Translations under genes and position numbers: made by a program
NCBI GenBank assembly: GCA_010093605.1
Contig: MU004193.1
Coordinates: forward strand, 529,321 to 570,173
DNA: 40,853 nt
From: Lophium mytilinum
Taxonomy: Eukaryota
Direction of reading: 5' to 3'
Shown here: piece by piece, positions 34,191 through 40,853 of the stretch
How positions within the stretch are numbered: position 1 is the first letter of the stretch
Layout of the letters: the number at the start of each line of letters is the position of its first letter
The notes under the pieces: generated by a model
The model's input: only the letters and a program-made list of their open reading frames with translations
Database searches by the model: none
Told to the model about the DNA's origin: nothing

Positions 34191-34405
34191 AGGCCACAAG
34201 TCTGGGCACACTGATACCCCACTCCCTGGGGTACCCTCCCATGGTTTCGAAGACTTAAGGGCGATGCCAAGCTTTAAGCAGTTTAGATTAGACTGCCTCT
34301 CGACCACCTGCCTGCTCAGCAGCCAGGCTACCCCTAACAGTGGTGTTGAGTGGGCAGGTTGGAGCAGAGCTATAATGAATCCGTGTGCCCAGACTTTCGT
34401 GGCCT
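34191..34405. mobile_element. MITE-like element, 215 bp, with ~21-23-bp imperfect terminal inverted repeats
   Basis: Left end AGGCCACAAGTCTGGGCACAC (34191); right end GTGTGCCCAGACTTTCGTGGCCT (ends 34405). Non-coding; homologous copies at 11277-12616 and 29420-29575. No clear target-site duplication. Confidence 0.8.
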
Positions 34406-34421
34406 AGAACAGTACCCGCAA

Positions 34422-36035
34422 TCACCACGTCGAGCCATCTTCCACGATCATTGTCTTATCTTTCTTACTAGGCTTGCCTTTCCTCTGTGCCGCATACTCA
34501 TCGAATGCAGTCTGCCCATCAAGCTTCCAGTCCCAGGGATTCGAGGCTTGCGTGGAGATTGCATCAATACGATTTGCCTGGTAGTCTCCGTAGTCCTCCT
34601 CGTCATCGTCAATGTCTCCAATTTCTTCAATAACGATATTGCGGCCGGAAACTGGCCCAAATCCGTACGCAAAAAACTTCTGGGCCCTTGCCAACCTCTC
34701 CTGCTTTAGCCGCTGAATATCCCCAGGAGCCATGGAAGTCTCGGCTACTACACGGCGTTTCTTTCCTTGAGTCCCAGTTGTTAGGCTGTTGAAAAGGAAT
34801 GTCTGCGTATCTTCGGCTGTTGCCCCCGCCCAATCAAGATGAAGGACATAACAAGGAAGGATCTGAGCTGAATTGAACACGATATACGCATTTCCGGGGG
34901 CGCTGACATGGCTATCAGCGCCGGGATAAGGCTTGCTTTGATTCCACCACTTATCTTCATGCCCAATCACCGCCGCCCTACCCATGAGCACTGCCGATAC
35001 AATCAATTTCATCCCTGGAAGTGCTGATGTCTTTGTGCTTTCCTCCTGGCCTCCGCTGTAAAGCATGGCATACGCTGGATCTGGAGATGAATAAATGCCC
35101 TTTCCATAGAGACTGCCATTGTGAACCGCAAGGGGCTTTTTGGTGATTGGATGTACGTCTCCAGGTTTGAGAAAGCCGGATCGAACGATCGAAGGTACAA
35201 GATCCCGTCGCGTTCCATGAAAGCTGATGCGGGGCATGAGCAGGTACTCAATGAGCTGGTCTTTAGAGGCTTCGCCGCTGCCCCTAATCCGGCGGTGCTC
35301 AATAGGAACGGAAGACTTCAATTGGCCATACGTGTAGTTGTCGAGATTCTTTCGCATCTCCTCTCGATTTAGCAGAAAGTTGGTTTGCAGATCATTTCGG
35401 AGAATGTTCTCACAATGCAAGATTCTCCAATCTGGCAGAATATCATGGAAGATCTGCGTAGGAGTTTTGCCGAGAATGTGGGTAGCACAATCCTGGACAC
35501 TGTCTAGATTCACCCCCTTGAACTTCAGTTTAGGGTCAAGCAAGGTGTTGATGTTCTTGACTTTGCCCAAATCCCAGTATTGGCCAATAGATTTCCGATA
35601 CTCTTGAATGTATGAAGTTGCCTCTTCCACCATTTGCAAGACAATCATTCCGGCATCAAACTTCGAAAGGTTCATCCGGGCATCCCCCAGTTTGCGCTGC
35701 AACAACTCCCGGAGGGAAACACGGATGGGATCGATGGCTTTCCTTGCCAAATTGCGGTTATCGATGTGACACTGCATGGAATGGTCTAATCGTTCCAGAT
35801 TGACAAAGATTTTGAGATCGAACTCGTCGAAGCCGAACGTAAAATGAGATGTGTGAACGTAAGCCCGATAGAGTACTTCAGGAGGAAGACGGAAGTCGAT
35901 ATCGCAAACGAGCTGATCAATGATGGGGTGGCCGGTCTGTGACAAATCAGACATCCCTTCTGCTCCATCGTCATCACTTTCATCGGAATCGTAGTCCTCA
36001 GACCAGGATAGGGTGGAGTAAGTTTCAGAGCCCAT
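34422..36035 (-). CDS. PARP-family (ARTD) ADP-ribosyltransferase domain protein, possible N-terminal RWD-like domain (537 aa)
   Basis: Single-exon ORF. Motifs ISFHGT, GSLYGKGIYSSPDPAYAMLYS, KLIVSAVLMGR, DSHVS, GNAYIVFNSAQILPCYVLH follow the PARP catalytic-domain order. Acidic C-tail (YGFGP...IEEIGDIDDDEEDYGDYQ). Confidence 0.85.
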   Translation of the reverse strand: MGSETYSTLSWSEDYDSDESDDDGAEGMSDLSQTGHPIIDQLVCDIDFRLPPEVLYRAYVHTSHFTFGFDEFDLKIFVNLERLDHSMQCHIDNRNLARKAIDPIRVSLRELLQRKLGDARMNLSKFDAGMIVLQMVEEATSYIQEYRKSIGQYWDLGKVKNINTLLDPKLKFKGVNLDSVQDCATHILGKTPTQIFHDILPDWRILHCENILRNDLQTNFLLNREEMRKNLDNYTYGQLKSSVPIEHRRIRGSGEASKDQLIEYLLMPRISFHGTRRDLVPSIVRSGFLKPGDVHPITKKPLAVHNGSLYGKGIYSSPDPAYAMLYSGGQEESTKTSALPGMKLIVSAVLMGRAAVIGHEDKWWNQSKPYPGADSHVSAPGNAYIVFNSAQILPCYVLHLDWAGATAEDTQTFLFNSLTTGTQGKKRRVVAETSMAPGDIQRLKQERLARAQKFFAYGFGPVSGRNIVIEEIGDIDDDEEDYGDYQANRIDAISTQASNPWDWKLDGQTAFDEYAAQRKGKPSKKDKTMIVEDGSTW

Positions 36036-36509
36036 GCCGCGGGTGAAGAAGTGTTGGCAGTGTTGTAAAAAGTAGTCGAAAGAAACCGAGGCGTGTTAAA
36101 TTTGTGTCAAATAGGAACCAGAAACGCGGGGCGTGGCCTGCTTTATGTGCTGCCTGAGGTGAGGGCCATTACCTACCTCTGCGCTACCCCTGTGGCTGTG
36201 TTGAGGTGAGGCAGTGAGTCACGTTGCTAGAACAGTCAGAGGTAGTATCAAGCCACAGGAAGTAGCGGCATATAAGATAAGGTCATGACCAGTCAAGTCA
36301 TTGAAGAGACCAGTGTCGGGTTAAGAGACAATGAAAAAAAGAGATGAAGAATGATAGAGCAGAACGCGGATGACCCACAAAGGTCCCTGGAAAACTTCAT
36401 GATGAGAACCTTCCACGTCTAACGTGGAGGCATAGATACTTAAGAAGATAGTTCATCATTAGCAATGGCAACAGGAGAATGACATTTGAGCTTCAATTGG
36501 CTTGCCGGG

Positions 36510-39500
36510 TTAAAAGTTTATAATATTTCCGATTACATAATATAAGAATTTAGAGGACAATAGATATTAATTCTATATAGAAATCTAGCTAGGCTATATA
36601 TATATTAGAGAGGCCTATATAGGCCTTAATTATACTAGATCTATATAGAAAAGTATTTCTATAGTAGATTTATATATTATATATATAATATCTAAATATT
36701 AACTATATATATTAGAAATTTCTAAATTAAGAAATGCGCGGAGAATACTAGTTACTTATATAACCTTCTAGAAGACTATATATTTTACTACTCTATAGGC
36801 TTTATACTACTCTATAAAAGTTTACCTACTTCTTATATAAAATTTACGCGTAGGCTGCGCAGATAATTCTTAATTATAGATAATCTAGTATTATAGGTAA
36901 TTATTATAGTTAATAACTACTTTATAGTTCTTATAAATATAGCTATCTACCTTCTCTATCTAACCTTTTAAAACCGCCTAATCCGCCTAAGTTATAGATA
37001 GATAGATAATAATATAGATAGGGCCTTATATACTAAATATATAATTATTATATATAGTAGGAAATTTAAAGTTATACTAGTATATCTAGTTATTTCTTCT
37101 TACTACCTCTACTAGGGCTTTATAGTCTATAGTAACTTTATATATATTATAGACTTTACGCGTTATATAGATAGTAATACCTATATATATTTCTAAGAAT
37201 TATATAACTATTACTAACCTTAATAATTTTAATATCCTAGTAGACTATTAGAGCTAGTAACGCGTGCGCTAAATATCTAGGCTAGAAAATAGCACGCAAT
37301 ATATATATTACGTGTTAGATAGTAGACTATATAGTAATTTAAAATATATTTAATTATAGTATATATATTATAAAATAGAAAGATAATACTAAGTATAAGA
37401 TAGAGCCTACTTATACTCTATTTACTAATTCTATACTACTATTTCTTATCCCTAATACTCTTAAGTAACTTAATAACTAGCTACAGGCTTTCTTCTCTAG
37501 AATTCTATACCTTAATGCAGGCAGCTATAAACTTTTAATATTAGTTCTTATTAGATATAATTATAGTATTATTTTTATACTAGCTATATTTATCTTCCTT
37601 TATATAAAACTACTACCTAAATTATATAAATAAGAGATTAAGAGGGCACTACTTCTAGTAGTCCTTTATCTTAATACTCTCCTTAGCCTTTCTATAAATT
37701 AGAGCTAAGTAGTATAAGTTATTATTAGTAAGGGGCTCTATATTATTAATTTTATTATTCTATAGTTAATATAATTAGTATATTATACTTTAGCTCTTTA
37801 TCTTATATAATTACCTATACTATCTATAATATCTAATAAAGTATCCCTAAGGGGGGGGCTAGATAGAATTAAACGCGGTAAGAATAAGTATCTAGAGTTA
37901 AATAGTTATACTTTACTCTTAATACGCTTTATTAGCGCATATATCTTCTTATATTAGTTAATAAGGTTCTACTACTAATTTTACTTCTTTACTTCTATTC
38001 TTACTACCCTTATAGTAAAGGCCTATTATTATTCTAGTATTATATCTTTAGTTAAATCTAATGCGTTATAGTAGTTAGAGTTATTATATATATTCTTATT
38101 ATTATCTTCTTTATAGTTTATATACTAACCTACCCATTTTATAATAAATTCTTACTAGTAGAATAATAGTTAGTACTTATAGTATAAGCTAAGTGCCTAC
38201 TATTAGGCAAGATATTTATTATAATTTACTACTCTAGCTTATAGTTAGTATAGTCTTATATAAGGGGGGCGGTAGTTAATACTAGTAGTAGTAACCCTAT
38301 AAATTAGGTTTATATACTTCTAGCCTAAGGTATATTTACTAATAGTATAGTAGAGGTAAGTATATATATATATAATAGTATTGCCTAAAAGAGAGTTAAA
38401 AAACTCTTTTAAGTATTTTTATATTTCTAAGGTATTTATAGACTATTCTATAAAGAGTAGATTTATAACTACTACCTAGATAGCCTTAGCTATAAAAATT
38501 ACTAGTAGCCCCTATAATCTATTAGAATGCTATCTAATACTAGGTTAGTAACTAATCTTAGCTTAGTCTTTATCTACTCTAAAGAGATAGTTCTAATCCT
38601 TTATTAGTATTAATGCGGTGCTAGTAATATCTAGAGTTATAGAACTAAGACTATAGTATTCTTATATAATATTATAAGTAACCTTTATTATAGTATTATA
38701 GAAATAACTAAAAGTATTATAAATCTAGATTATATATTATAATTAGCTATTATATAAGGTTATAGAAGTAGAAAGAGAATAATATACCTTCTACGCGTAA
38801 AAAGGGTCTAGAGTAGTAGAGATATTAGCTTAAGTATAGAATAGTTAGTCTTTATATACATCTACCTATATTTATATTAGTACTTACTAAAATATATCTA
38901 GCCTAATACTCTTAGTCTAGGCTATAAGGTTATTACTATATTCTCTAATTATATTAGTACCTAATACTATACTTCTAAGTATCTAGTATCTTATTTATTC
39001 TTCTACTACTATATATTTTACCTTTATAGTTAGTACTTTAGTATACCTATCTATACTATTCTATATCTAAATTATTTTACTATATTATTTTATACTAAGG
39101 GAGCTAATATAGTTATANNNNNNNNNNTTATTTATTCTTCTACTACTATATATTTTACCTTTATAGTTAGTACTTTAGCATACCTATCTATACTATTCTA
39201 TATCTAAATTATTTTACTATATTATTTTATACTAAGGGAGCTAATATAGTTATAGATAGGTATAGCTCTACCTATACCTAAAAAGTAGCTAGTAGAAGAG
39301 AAGAATAGTAAACTACTTAATGCAAAGGTATTAGACCTAGTTATTTAGTTAATAGCCCTATAGGCTTCTATTCTAGCCGCTATCTTATCTTAGACTATAG
39401 TGGCACCCTAATAGATATTTATTAGCATGTACTACTTAATAGAGTAGCTATAATATATATATAAGCTAATTTTATACTTAAAGTCTATTTATATATAGAA

Positions 39501-40853
39501 GTTAGTATTACTAAATTAAGAGATAGGCGCGTGCCTATTCTTATTCTCTATACTGCGTTTTCTCTTTCTAGCAAAAGATAAGATATAGCTAGACAGCTAA
39601 GATAATATAGCATTACTATTTTAGAATATTCTAGTAGTATATTCTCTTTTACTTATTAAGTTCTATATATTTATTATTAGTTAGTAGGCGTTAGAGTTAA
39701 GAGAGCTAGGCGCGTTACTATGTTAATTAGTTTTAAAGCAGCGCATTTTTACTTCTTTACTATCTATAATTATATATATTAGCTATATATATATTAATAT
39801 ATACTATAGATAGGGTATATAGTATAGTATATTTAAGTTATATAGTAAGTTTCTATTTAGAGTAGAGAGAGATAGTTCTATATTACCTTTTACTATATTT
39901 AAGTAGATAATATTAAGCCTTACTAAATAATAGATGGAGGGCGTATAGTAAAAGAATATTCTATTTCTTAAGGTAGAGTGCAAGAATAATAACTATAAAG
40001 AAAAGTAAAGTAGATTATAATTAAGTAGTATAGAGAGAAGAAAATAAAAAGAAAGTAAGTTACGCGTTTATTATAATAGAATATAATAGAGCTAGCTAGA
40101 TGCAGTCTATATATATTAACTTAGTATCTTTAGCTAGTTATATACCTCTTCTCTATTCCCCCCTTAATAAAGCCCTATTATTCTATATAATTAAATACTT
40201 CTATTTATATAATTACCTCTTCTATTATATTATCTTAGACTAGAGCTTATACTTATATACTTATATTAACTTCTACTAATTACTATACACGCGCTACTAC
40301 CTTCTACTATTATTTCTAGATAGCATCTTCTATACTATTAGAATAGTAGTTAGTTAAGAGATTATAGACTTTATATCCTATATTATTAGATAGATAGCTA
40401 GCTAAGTTAGAGGCTCTAATAGAGGTATTAATATTATAACGCGCAGCTATCCTCTTATTACTAACTTTATTCCTAGTTAGGTAACCTACTTAGGCATAAA
40501 TAACCCGCTAGCTATCTTCTCTAGCTATAGTATATATCTCTCTTCTATATTATTTATAATAAATACCTCTACCTTTACTAACTAAATTATGTAATCTTAA
40601 GCTATTATATTCTTCTCTCTTTTAGTCTAAAATACCCTCTTTACTACTATTTAGGCCTTCTTTCTATAATTCTAGCCCTTTATTAGTTACTATGCTATAA
40701 GTAGTTATATACTATATTATAGGGTACTTTTCTATAGTAGAGAGGTCTCTAGATAGAAAAATAGAAAAATAGTCTACTAGTAGTAAATTCCCCCCCTATA
40801 GAATCTATATACCTAGTTAGAATATTTAGCTATATAGCTATACTTCTAGTTCT
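36510..40853. mobile_element. AT-rich, RIP-degraded repeat/transposon relic (family not identifiable); runs off the window end
   Basis: Abrupt shift to very high A+T with pervasive TpA (TATA, TAG, CTA, TAA) and near absence of CpA/TpG, while CGCG/GCGC/GGG/CCC survive. No ORFs of 60 aa or more in the track. Confidence 0.85.
39118..39127. other. Assembly gap (10 N) with a 127-bp overlap duplicated on both sides
   Basis: 38991-39117 is repeated at 39128-39254 with one T/C difference (gtatacc vs gcatacc). Confidence 0.95.

Noticed and set aside
38220..38310. Helicase motif III-like peptide (VLTTAP) on the minus strand of the RIP block
   Set aside because: Too short and too degraded; surrounding motifs could not be recovered by eye.
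38991..39254. 127-bp direct repeat as an LTR or real tandem duplication
   Set aside because: The copies flank a 10-N gap exactly, typical of unmerged contig overlap.

Overview
Fungal genomic DNA from a filamentous ascomycete (Pezizomycotina; GT-AG introns with CTRAC branch sites, RIP-type mutation). Bases 1-36.4 kb are gene-dense and about GC-balanced. They hold: the 3' part of DOA1/UFD3 (PLAA); several hypothetical genes, one a 6-exon DUF7918-like gene; a BTB/POZ protein with an N-myristoylation motif; two tandem F-box-like paralogues; a 9-exon Ser/Thr kinase fused to a large unannotated C-terminal domain; a 13-exon sugar-porter MFS transporter; two tandem intron-rich secreted beta/gamma-crystallin-like 6-Cys proteins that the ORF track misses; and a single-exon PARP-family ADP-ribosyltransferase with Ala at the catalytic Glu position. 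From about 36.5 kb the sequence becomes an extremely AT/TpA-rich RIP-degraded repeat with a 10-N gap. A ~215-bp TIR-bounded (MITE-like) element occurs three times, each 3' of a gene. One locus has expanded into an 8-unit, 150-163-bp tandem array. The most notable module is at 31.9-36.5 kb: crystallin-like effector pair, MITE, H-Y-A ART, then the RIP block. Gene models were spliced by eye and family calls rest on motif recognition, not database searches.
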